Shown: in pieces, positions 39,282 to 46,465 of the stretch
Layout: each line of letters opens with the position of its first letter
How positions within the stretch are numbered: position 1 is the stretch's first letter
NCBI GenBank assembly: GCA_963716135.1
Contig: OY970289.1
Location: 1,783,462-1,847,461, forward strand
DNA: 64,000 nucleotides
Direction of reading: 5' to 3'
DNA from: Pirellulales bacterium
GTDB taxonomy: Bacteria > Planctomycetota > Planctomycetia > Pirellulales > JADZDJ01
Translations under genes and position numbers: made by a program
The notes under the pieces: generated by a model
The model's input: the letters and a program-made list of their open reading frames with translations, nothing else
Databases searched by the model: none
Told to the model about the DNA's origin: nothing

Positions 39282-39374
39282 GAAGTCTAGGTCGAAAAGT
39301 CCAAAAGTCTAAAAGTCGAAAAGTGCCGACCTGTTCTCTCTTTGACTCGTAGGCTTTTCGACTCTTCGACTTTT
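39282..39374. repeat. Word-built hairpin (words AAAAGTCGAAAAG)
   Basis: Left arm is 'gaagtctaggtcgaaaagtccaaaagtctaaaagtcgaaaagtg' and right arm is 'ctttgactcgtaggcttttcgactcttcgactttt'. It lies between yjbQ (stop 39380) and the monooxygenase start (39277). Confidence 0.55.
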
Positions 39375-39379
39375 AAACC

Positions 39380-39801
39380 TCACTCGCCAATGATTTTCAC
39401 CAGCACTCGCTTCCGCCGCCGGCCGTCGAATTCGTAGTAGAAAATATGCTCCCACGGGCCAAGATGCAGTTGGCCCTTGGTAATGGCCACGACCACTTCG
39501 CGCCCATCACCTGGCGCTTCAAGTGCGCATCGGCGTTATCTTCGCCGGTGCGGTTGTGGTGGTACGTCTTCGACGAAGCGTCGAACGGCGCCAGCTTTTC
39601 CAGCCACAGTTCGTAATCGTGGTGCAGGCCCGATTCGTTGTCGTTGATGAAGACCGACGCGGTGATGTGCATGGCGTTCACCAGCGCCAGGCCCTCCTTC
39701 ACGCCGCTGTCGCCGACGGCCTTTTCCACTTCGCGGTGAATCGAAACAATCGCCCGGCGCTGGGGCACTTCCATCCACAGTTCTTTGGTGAAGGTTTTCA
39801 T
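39380..39801 (-). pseudogene. yjbQ: YjbQ/UPF0047 family protein (secondary thiamine-phosphate synthase-like), one frame break (~39497-39506)
   Basis: The pieces are: '[29 protein letters not shown]...[34 protein letters not shown]...[20 protein letters not shown]' | '[40 protein letters not shown]'. The second part is in the adjacent frame, with its stop at comp. 39380-39382. Confidence 0.85.
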
Positions 39802-39917
39802 TGGGCTGCCACAAAATCCCGCTTGATTTGACGGCATTATAGCAGCAGACGGCTCAGATTGGCCCGGAAGTTGCATCATCTTTACCCGCACCGTAGGGAC
39901 TGCCAGAGGAGGCAAAT

Positions 39918-40487
39918 ATGCATTCGGCATTGATCGACACCAGATCGCGCACCAGAACGCACCGACAGGCTTGGGCAAACGAGACCAGCGAAGAGCGCGA
40001 AGTCGATCGACTGGAGCAGATTGCGTATTGGCTGGATAGCGCGTTCCGCGTGCCCGGCATCGGCTTGCGGTTCGGTTTCGACGCCATCCTGGACTTACTC
40101 CCGGGCGTTGGCGACGCGCTGGGCGCGCTCTTGTCGATGTACATCTTCCAGGCCGCGCGGCGGTTTGGCGTGCCCCGCGTCACGCTGGCGCGCATGGCGA
40201 TGAATATCGGCATCGACTACATCGGCGGTTTGGTGCCGTTCTTCGGCGCGATCTTCGACGCCTATTGGAAAGCGAACATTTGGAACGTCGGTCTATTGAA
40301 GCGGCATATCAAGGCAACGCCGCAAGAAGCCCGGCGAGCCCGTCGCGGCGACGGCGTGTTTGTGGCGCTGTGCATTGTCGGGCTGGTGCTGTTTATGGTC
40401 GCCACCTTTGCTCTGTTTGCGCTGGCGATCGCCTTGGTTGCCCAATTCTTCGCCCACATCGGCGGCCCGCGCAATTCGATCATCTAA
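39918..40487 (+). CDS. DUF4112 membrane protein
   Basis: 189-aa ORF. '[79 protein letters not shown]' is the DUF4112 core. Confidence 0.8.
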   Translation: MHSALIDTRSRTRTHRQAWANETSEEREVDRLEQIAYWLDSAFRVPGIGLRFGFDAILDLLPGVGDALGALLSMYIFQAARRFGVPRVTLARMAMNIGIDYIGGLVPFFGAIFDAYWKANIWNVGLLKRHIKATPQEARRARRGDGVFVALCIVGLVLFMVATFALFALAIALVAQFFAHIGGPRNSII

Positions 40488-40591
40488 TTTGCAGAGGGCA
40501 CTCGATGAATCGATTGCCATTCGATTGGCGGTGGACGATAATCTCGGGCGCTCTCCCTTCTCTCGTCATGCGCTCCAGATCGCGATGATCC

Positions 40592-40849
40592 ATGGCCGAT
40601 CGACTAGTCACCGTCGCCAGTTTCCTCGGTCTCATCGAGGCGCATTTGGCGAAGAATCAGTTCGCTGAATCAGGCATCGAATCATTCTTATCCGACGAGA
40701 CGACAGCATACATGGCCTGGCATCTGACCAACGCTATCCACGGGATCAAGTTGCAGGTTAAGGGCGAAGATGTTGACGCCGCGCGCGAACTTTTGGCTGC
40801 CGACAGCGGTGCGCCCCTACAGCCGCTGCGGAAGAATTGCAGTCAATGA
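40592..40849 (+). CDS. DUF2007-like small protein (putative signal-transducing fold)
   Basis: 85-aa ORF. 'LVTVASFLGLIEAHLAKNQFAESGIESFLSDE...IKLQVKGEDVDAARELL' is the DUF2007 pattern. Its stop overlaps the next ATG (ATGA). Confidence 0.65.
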   Translation: MADRLVTVASFLGLIEAHLAKNQFAESGIESFLSDETTAYMAWHLTNAIHGIKLQVKGEDVDAARELLAADSGAPLQPLRKNCSQ

Positions 40850-41106
40850 TGGCGGAAGAAATGCCGGCGGCGGACGCCGGATTCGATGCGCACTTGGATG
40901 AGCCGGATCCCCTGACGCGGCGGGAAGACATGGCGGAGCGTGCATTCCGAGGCGCGGTGATCGGAATTTTGTTCGTGCCTTGGCAGTTGTGCGTGGCGTG
41001 GTTGCTTTTGAAAATCTATTTTTCAGATGAGCGGCTGGAACCGAGCCATCGCCGGAAAGCGTTTGTCGCGGCGACGATCAATTTCCTGTACGTGCTGATG
41101 GTTTGA
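40846..41106 (+). CDS. Small two-TM membrane protein, translationally coupled to the DUF2007 gene
   Basis: ATG 40846 overlaps the upstream TGA. 'MMAEEMPAADAGFDAHLDEPD...AFRGAVIGILFVPWQLCVAWLLLKIYF...AFVAATINFLYVLMV'. Confidence 0.55.
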   Translation: MMAEEMPAADAGFDAHLDEPDPLTRREDMAERAFRGAVIGILFVPWQLCVAWLLLKIYFSDERLEPSHRRKAFVAATINFLYVLMV

Positions 41107-41255
41107 ATTTTCCTGAAGTGGAAGCTGGGCATGCTCGTCTTTGCGGCGTAGGCCGCATGCCCGTTTGGTAGGTGGCCGGATGCGGCGTCCACCGGTACGA
41201 TTCGTGTAGAGGGTTTGGTCTCGGCAAAGAGGCCTGCGACGAAAGGAGACGGATC

Positions 41256-41732
41256 ATGGAACCGCGAATCGATCTAAAGAAAGCGCCGCCTGAAGCGATG
41301 AAGGCGATGTACGGCCTGGAAAAATATCTGCGATCAAGCGGCTTGGAAGAATCGCTGCTGCACCTGGTCAAAATGCGCGCCTCACAGATCAACGGCTGCG
41401 GCTACTGTCTGGACATGCATTCGAAAGATGCCCGCGCGAACGGCGAAACCGAGCAGCGGCTGTACGTGCTGCCCGACTGGCGCAAAGCGCCGTTTTACAC
41501 CGACCGCGAACGCTCTGCGCTGGCCTGGACGGAAGCGCTGACGCAGATTGCCGAAACGCACGCCCCCGACGAAGTATTCGAGCAAGTGCGCGAGCAGTTC
41601 GATGAGAAGGAGATCGTGGATCTTACGCTGGCGATCACAACGATCAACGCCTGGAACCGCATCGCCATCGGCTTCCGCGCCCCGATCGGCCAATACCAGC
41701 CGCACGAGCATCACGCCGCCGCGGCTACGTAA
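41256..41732 (+). CDS. Carboxymuconolactone decarboxylase / AhpD-like family protein
   Basis: ATG 41256 has AAGGAG 8 nt upstream. 'LLHLVKMRASQINGCGYCLDMHSKDARANGETEQRLYVLPDWRKAPFYTDRERSALAWTEALT' contains the CxxC AhpD-like core. Confidence 0.85.
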   Translation: MEPRIDLKKAPPEAMKAMYGLEKYLRSSGLEESLLHLVKMRASQINGCGYCLDMHSKDARANGETEQRLYVLPDWRKAPFYTDRERSALAWTEALTQIAETHAPDEVFEQVREQFDEKEIVDLTLAITTINAWNRIAIGFRAPIGQYQPHEHHAAAAT

Positions 41733-41772
41733 CCGCGAAGACGCGAAGATCGCGAAGGAGGACGATCTGCGA

Positions 41773-43001
41773 TCAGGGCGGGCTGCGGCACGCGCTGCAC
41801 ACGGCGCGACGCCGGCGGCCGACATAGCCAGTGGCCACCAGCGCCATTGCCGCCAGCACGATGCCCGACGGTTCGGGCACCAGCGTGTAGCCGATCAGGT
41901 CCAACGCCAGAATGTCGAGCGGCGTTACGATGCCCAACTCGCCGTCGTCGATGTTCGGATCCATGATCCCAAACGGCGGGCCGGGAAATGTGTAGGTGCT
42001 GTCCTTCCAGTGTTGCGCCTGGTACCCGTCGCCGAAGTTGATGCCCGTGGAAAACAGTGCGGAGGACGTGACGCCGCCGTCGTAGGACAAATAGGGATTG
42101 TCGCCGGGCACGTCGCTTGTGCCGGCGGCCCAATCGAGCACGGCGCCGCTAAGGGGCTGATCCACCAACGACGTGCTGTCGGCGGAGTAGCGGAACAAAT
42201 CGAGCACGGTAAAGATCGTTTCCGTCGAGTAGTCGTGAGGGTAATCGGGTCCATCGTGACCGGCGCCGTCGGAACTGGCGTAGTCGATGTGGTCCACGCC
42301 GCTAATGAATCCCATGCCGTGCGCCAGCTCGTGCGTGAGGACGGCGGTAAAGTCGATCTTTCCGGCGTCGATTCCGTCGCTGGGATCGAAATCCATGATG
42401 GGGAAGTAGATCGAGTTCACGACGATCGTGCCGTCGGCACCAGGCCGCCGTCCGCGCCCGGCAGCAGGCCCAAGGCCTTCTGGTTGGCGCGCGTCAGCCG
42501 CAGCGTGGAGTTGTAGACCAACGGGGCGGTCACATGCATGCGCAGCGACGGGGCGCCGGCCGTGTCGTTGGTGATCATGCTCAGCGCCGGCCCGGGCTGC
42601 AGCGAACTGACGGCCGAGGCGTCGTGCGCGGAAGTGCTGTCCAGGGCCAGCGCCGCGGCCACCGAACTGTAAGCGAATGGGCTGGTCGTCGGATCGACAT
42701 CGAAATAGCCCAGCGGTCCGCCCGGGATCGACGCTTCCACTAATTTGAAGTGCAGCACGATCGGATCGGCAAACTCGCTTTCCCACGTGCCGGTGGCGAT
42801 GCTGACCGAGGTCGCCAGGCCGCTCATGACCGGTGGAGGAAGCGGTGAGCCGACGTAGGGTAGCTCGATCAGCATCGCCGCGGCCGGCGACGCCGCCCAG
42901 AGAACTACAGCGACCGACAATGCGAGCACGCAGGCGCAGCGCGCGGTCGGCGAAGCCTTGGCGCACCTGGGCGGATGCGGTCGGCCGATGAATGCCGCCA
43001 T
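41773..43001 (-). pseudogene. Secreted HExxH metalloprotease with PEP-CTERM sorting signal, one frame break (~42431-42437)
   Basis: The N-part (track 42417..43001) has a signal peptide and '...LGLLPGADGGLV'. The C-part (other frame) reads 'DGTIVVNSIYFPIMDFD...AVLTHELAHGMGFISG...WKDS...IMDPNIDDGE...' and ends in 'LVPEPSGIVLAAMALVATGYVGRRRR' (PEP-CTERM). Confidence 0.8.
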
Positions 43002-43510
43002 GAAGGGACTCTCCTGTGGGCGAGACTGGCAACGAGAAAAGCAGATAAGTCGATTTCGCCTCGCGCTGGCGGAAGGGTAACACGGGGCGAAATCCGCGGC
43101 CAGCGTTTGGCAAGTTAGTGGAGGAGTTTTGCACCACCTTAAGGGGATTCCCTACATCTGCAGAGGGGACAGGCGCATGGCGGAGGGAATTCTCACGCAA
43201 AGGCGCGGAGACGCTAAGAAGAGGAGAATAGGAGACAAGGAGACATGAGCGCGCAGGGATAAACAGTTCCGCGCGAGGCGGGTTTTGTGCGATCGGCCCC
43301 GAGGGGTCGTGCATCCTTCGACACTTTTCCGAACAAGTCGGGAAAGGCTCAGGACTATAGGTTTGGCGATCGATCGGTGGGCTGGAATGCCTTGGACCAG
43401 CCCATTGAAGCTTGGCTGCCGATCGACCTCACGACCCCGGCGCTGGCTCCTGCGGCGGACCCATGCATGGGGTGAACGCGGGAGGGGAGCGCTTGGTCGG
43501 GCCGGGTTGC

Positions 43511-43584
43511 AGCTGTTAGCTTTTGGCAATTAGCCTTTAGCCAGCAGAAGCCAGCTAATTGCTAACGACTAATCGCTAACTGCT
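43511..43584. repeat. Word-built hairpin (words TTAGC / GCTAA)
   Basis: Left arm is 'agctgttagcttttggcaattagcctttagc' and right arm is 'gctaattgctaacgactaatcgctaactgct'. It lies in the 680-bp non-coding stretch preceding the TA islet. Confidence 0.5.
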
Positions 43585-43819
43585 AGTGTGGACATACTTC
43601 GCTGGGCACCGGCGGCAAGGCGTCGCGACCTGTTTATGTCCGAATTCGGGCGCAACATTGGCTCGCCCTTGCGAGCGGGACCTTTCGTCATGAGCACTGG
43701 CTGAACTTCTAGAAAGCCAACCACGAGCTGTACCACAGACCGCGACCGACGGTTCGCGGCTTTATGGTTTGCCCGATGCTCATCTAGCGGGAAGGGGCGA
43801 AGCTGGCGTTGCCGTGTTT

Positions 43820-43945
43820 CACCGCGGAGACGCAGAGACGCGGAGAGGAAATTTCCAACTGCGAATCTCCCTCGCGCGGTGAAGCGTTCAACGACCACAC
43901 GCAACATACACGAAGTGGTGGCCCAATTTCAAGGATCGTTTTGGG
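43820..43945 (+). repeat. Direct repeat copy 1 (~125 bp, imperfect) upstream of the higBA-like module
   Basis: '..ccgcggagacgcagagacgcggagagg..gttcaacgaccacacgcaacatACACGAAGTGGTGGCccaatttcaaggatcg' aligns by eye with 44712-44838. The identical 15-mer is at 43908-43922 and 44806-44820. Confidence 0.6.
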
Positions 43946-43965
43946 CCACGGTTACGATATAGCGC

Positions 43966-43993
43966 TTGACACATATAGTCTATAAGCTATAAT
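43966..43993 (+). promoter_or_regulatory. Consensus sigma70-type promoter of the TA module with embedded palindrome
   Basis: TTGACA (43966-43971) - 16 nt - TATAAT (43988-43993). The spacer contains the palindrome TATAGtCTATA (43974-43984). The first ATG lies 2 nt and the second ATG 8 nt after the -10 box. Confidence 0.6.
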
Positions 43994-43995
43994 TC

Positions 43996-44358
43996 ATGGG
44001 CATGTGGGCAGTCGAATATACCGATGAGTTCGAGCAATGGTGGAATTCGTTGGATGCGTACGAGCAACGTTCGGTCGATGCGAGTGTGGAACTTTTGCGC
44101 GAAGCAGGGCCGCGGCTTGGTCGGCCGCATGCGGATACACTTCACGGTTCGAAACATTCCAACATGAAAGAGTTGCGAACGCAGCATGAAGGGCGTCCGC
44201 TGCGAACGCTATTTGCCTTCGATCCTCGTCGCAGCGCGATTTTGCTGATTGGTGGCGATAAGACCGGCGACGATCGATTTTACGAACGCATGATTCCATT
44301 GGCAGATCGTTTGTATGACGAACATTTGGAAACACTTAAGCGAGAAGGGCTAATCTAA
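43996..44358 (+). CDS. RelE/ParE-superfamily toxin, HigB/Gp49-like
   Basis: 120-aa ORF. 'WAVEYTDEFEQWW..L...RLGRPHADTLHGSKHSNMKELRTQHEGRPLRTLFAFDPRRSAILLIGGDKTGDDRFYERMIPLADRLYDEHL' fits the Gp49/HigB-type killer pattern. It is followed by an XRE antitoxin, in toxin-first order. The start may be the second ATG (44002) if the mRNA is leaderless. Confidence 0.8.
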   Translation: MGMWAVEYTDEFEQWWNSLDAYEQRSVDASVELLREAGPRLGRPHADTLHGSKHSNMKELRTQHEGRPLRTLFAFDPRRSAILLIGGDKTGDDRFYERMIPLADRLYDEHLETLKREGLI

Positions 44359-44669
44359 TGGCCAAAAACTTTCGAGAATTAGAAGCAAAAATGAAGCCGG
44401 AGCATCGAGCCTGGGCCAAAGCACGGGCGAAGGAGATGATGGCGGAGATGCTGCTGGCGGAAATTCGCCGCAGCACCGGCCAGACTCAAAAGGAGGTCGC
44501 GGAAATCTTGGGCGTCAAGCAACCGACCTTGTCGCGCCTCGAATCGCAAGACGACATGCAAATCAGCACGTTGAATCGACTGATCGAAGCGCTGGGCGGC
44601 AAGCTAGAAATCATCGCCCATCTGCCCAAAGGCGACATCCGCATCAGCCAATTCACCGACGCCGCTTAA
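44358..44669 (+). CDS. XRE-family HTH antitoxin (HigA-like)
   Basis: 103-aa ORF whose ATG overlaps the toxin stop (TAATG). Its HTH is 'TGQTQKEVAEILGVKQPTLSRLESQDDMQISTLNRLIEALGGKLEI'. Confidence 0.85.
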   Translation: MAKNFRELEAKMKPEHRAWAKARAKEMMAEMLLAEIRRSTGQTQKEVAEILGVKQPTLSRLESQDDMQISTLNRLIEALGGKLEIIAHLPKGDIRISQFTDAA

Positions 44670-44674
44670 CCGCT

Positions 44675-44708
44675 CCCTCTCCCCATGTGGGAGAGGGCTG
44701 GGGTGAGG
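44675..44708. repeat. Family D palindrome acting as terminator-like hairpin after the antitoxin
   Basis: 9-bp stem CCCTCTCCC (44675-44683) / GGGAGAGGG (44689-44697), then 'ctggggtgagg'. It starts 6 nt after the stop. A sister copy lies at 6045-6078. Confidence 0.55.
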
Positions 44709-44711
44709 AGT

Positions 44712-44838
44712 TCGCCGCGGAAATCGCTAGACGTCGCGGAGGGCGCAATTCCTCGTGGTGCGTCAGTAGGCCCGTGGTGAGTTGTTCAACGTCCACGCGC
44801 ACTTTACACGAAGTGGTGGCTCGATTTCAAGGGATTCT
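44712..44838 (+). repeat. Direct repeat copy 2 upstream of the HEPN-motif gene
   Basis: '..ccgcggaaatcgctagacgtcgcggaggg..gttcaacgtccacgcgcactttACACGAAGTGGTGGCtcgatttcaagggattc'. I estimate ~75-80 percent identity to copy 1 by eye; this was not computed. Confidence 0.6.
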
Positions 44839-44910
44839 TGAGTGACTTTCTCTTCACTTTGTTATATTTGGCAGCGGACGAATTTTGTTCACGAAAGATT
44901 GTGGTGGAGT

Positions 44911-46245
44911 ATGTCCTACGACAAAAAGAAGCTTGCAAATTATGTTAGCGAACTGCTGTCCAATACGACCGCTGATTTTGAGAAAGTCGATCGAGATCGC
45001 CCCTACTCGATCTTAGGCGGCGCCGGGTCGCATGTTGAACTTACAAACCAAGCAGGACAAACGTTTGTTGGTAAAATGTCCGAGGAAGGAACGCCCACTC
45101 TTTACATCCTTGAAGCCGGGCTCCGTTCGCTCTATGCATTTGTGGATGAATGTCTTAAGGACCGCGAGTTTGCCACAAAGATTGGGAGCGACGCATTGGT
45201 CAAGCATCTTCAGGCTACGGCCAAAAAGTTCTATGCGGTGTCGCCCAGTGACCTAGATCTTGCAAAGATTGTGAAGGAAGACATCTTGCAGGCATTACGC
45301 GCAGAGATCAGGCAATGGCGCGTTCACGTTCCGATCAGCAACTTGCAAATCCAGCAGCCGCTAACGATTGGCAGGGTAACTTTCGTTCGGCACGAAGAGG
45401 GAGTAGTCGCTAGCACAAAGATTATTATTGATCATCAGGGACCTCCTAATGCTGATCGGAGTACATCGGACAAGGCAGCCCTATTAGTCACGATCGGTGC
45501 AATTTCTCAGCAGGGGTCAGCGTGGGCGGTCGCGGAGATTGAATCACACGAGAAAAGAGTTAGCGAAGTTGCTAGAGAGGAGATTGAAACCGCGGTGAAT
45601 GTGATTCGAGCGTTCACGCATGTATTTAATTCGCGTTCACTTCATTCGGCCTTTGGGCTGCCCTATGAACTAACCAATGGAACGGCGGGATTCATTTCGC
45701 AGTCTAAAGATCTGTTTTTAATTCAGATGGATCGCAGGGGTTTCTTTCATCCGTTTGATTTGAATGAGATCGTCGTAACGAAACTCAAAAGCGAGTATTA
45801 CTTCGATCAGCTGGTTAGGATTGCTGGAACGGCGTGGGGCTCACTTAATTCTTTGGAGAAAGCGGTACGAGTGGCTTTTCACTGGCTCGGTCGTTCAATC
45901 ATCGCGCTTACGAAGGCAGAAGCGTTCACCCAGTGTGTCATTGCGCTCGAAAGACTGTTGATCACCGACGACGAGGAGACAACTGTCGAGCGATTTGCTG
46001 ACCGTTTGGCGTACTTACTTTCAGATAAATCTGATGAGCGTAAAGCGATTCATAGGGCAGCCAAACGGCTTTACGACGTCCGCTCGAGAATTGTCCACGC
46101 GGGATTTGATTCCATTGAGGAACGTCAAATCCAGGAAATCGAGAATCTGGCTGTCGGCGGGTTGGTTAAGGCGGCTTCGCTATTGGACAGCCTTGTTGAC
46201 CACAATGCTTTGCGTGATTACTTCCACAATTGCAAGATGACGTAG
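44911..46245 (+). CDS. 444-aa protein with unassigned N-terminal region and C-terminal HEPN-like domain (R-x4-H motif); candidate Abi/ApeA-like defence effector
   Basis: ATG 44911 is preceded by GGTGGAG. G+C is visibly lower than in the flanks. The C-terminal ~130 aa 'LEKAVRVAFHWLGRSIIALTKAEAFTQCVIALERLLI...RFADRLAYLLSDKSDERKAIHRAAKRLYDVRSRIVHAG' shows the helix pattern and the 'Y..RSxIVH.G' (R-x4-H) signature of HEPN RNase domains. I recognise no other domain. Confidence 0.75.
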   Translation: MSYDKKKLANYVSELLSNTTADFEKVDRDRPYSILGGAGSHVELTNQAGQTFVGKMSEEGTPTLYILEAGLRSLYAFVDECLKDREFATKIGSDALVKHLQATAKKFYAVSPSDLDLAKIVKEDILQALRAEIRQWRVHVPISNLQIQQPLTIGRVTFVRHEEGVVASTKIIIDHQGPPNADRSTSDKAALLVTIGAISQQGSAWAVAEIESHEKRVSEVAREEIETAVNVIRAFTHVFNSRSLHSAFGLPYELTNGTAGFISQSKDLFLIQMDRRGFFHPFDLNEIVVTKLKSEYYFDQLVRIAGTAWGSLNSLEKAVRVAFHWLGRSIIALTKAEAFTQCVIALERLLITDDEETTVERFADRLAYLLSDKSDERKAIHRAAKRLYDVRSRIVHAGFDSIEERQIQEIENLAVGGLVKAASLLDSLVDHNALRDYFHNCKMT

Positions 46246-46431
46246 TTTTTCGTCATCGCGATAACCCTGGGCGGAGCCCGGGGCTAGTGGGCGTTGCGGC
46301 GGCGGGCGGATTTGCGGCCGGGGCGGTAGCCACTCGGCTGGGCTCGTGACGGGCCGGCGACGCGCGCGGCGGAATCTCCCGGTGTAACCGGGGGCTGACG
46401 GGTCAAACGGTGTGGATTGCCCATTGGTTGT

Positions 46432-46465
46432 GCTCCGGAGGCTGTTAGCCTCCGGCTATTTTTTT
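46432..46465 (+). terminator. Rho-independent terminator closing the islet
   Basis: Stem GCTCCGGAGGCT (46432-46443) / AGCCTCCGGC (46447-46456), followed by TATTTTTTT (to 46465). The orientation fits the + strand only. It overlaps the last codons of the convergent ygiQ. Confidence 0.7.

Noticed and set aside
40592-41106. Possible frame break joining the DUF2007 ORF and the following 2-TM ORF into one protein
   Set aside because: The junction is a clean ATGA stop/start overlap (40846-40849), as expected for two translationally coupled genes. No conserved sequence is interrupted.
43569-43907. 112-aa minus-strand ORF in the gene-free stretch before the TA islet
   Set aside because: It is Arg-rich and low-complexity, with no RBS, and it starts inside direct-repeat copy 1. 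I treat the 680-bp region as non-coding or repeat DNA.
43820-44838. Idea that the direct repeats are integron attC sites (both contain GTTCAAC = RYYYAAC)
   Set aside because: I could not find the matching GTTRRRY partner or the L'/L'' pairing. There is no third site after the last cassette and no intI in the window. I kept them as unexplained direct repeats instead.
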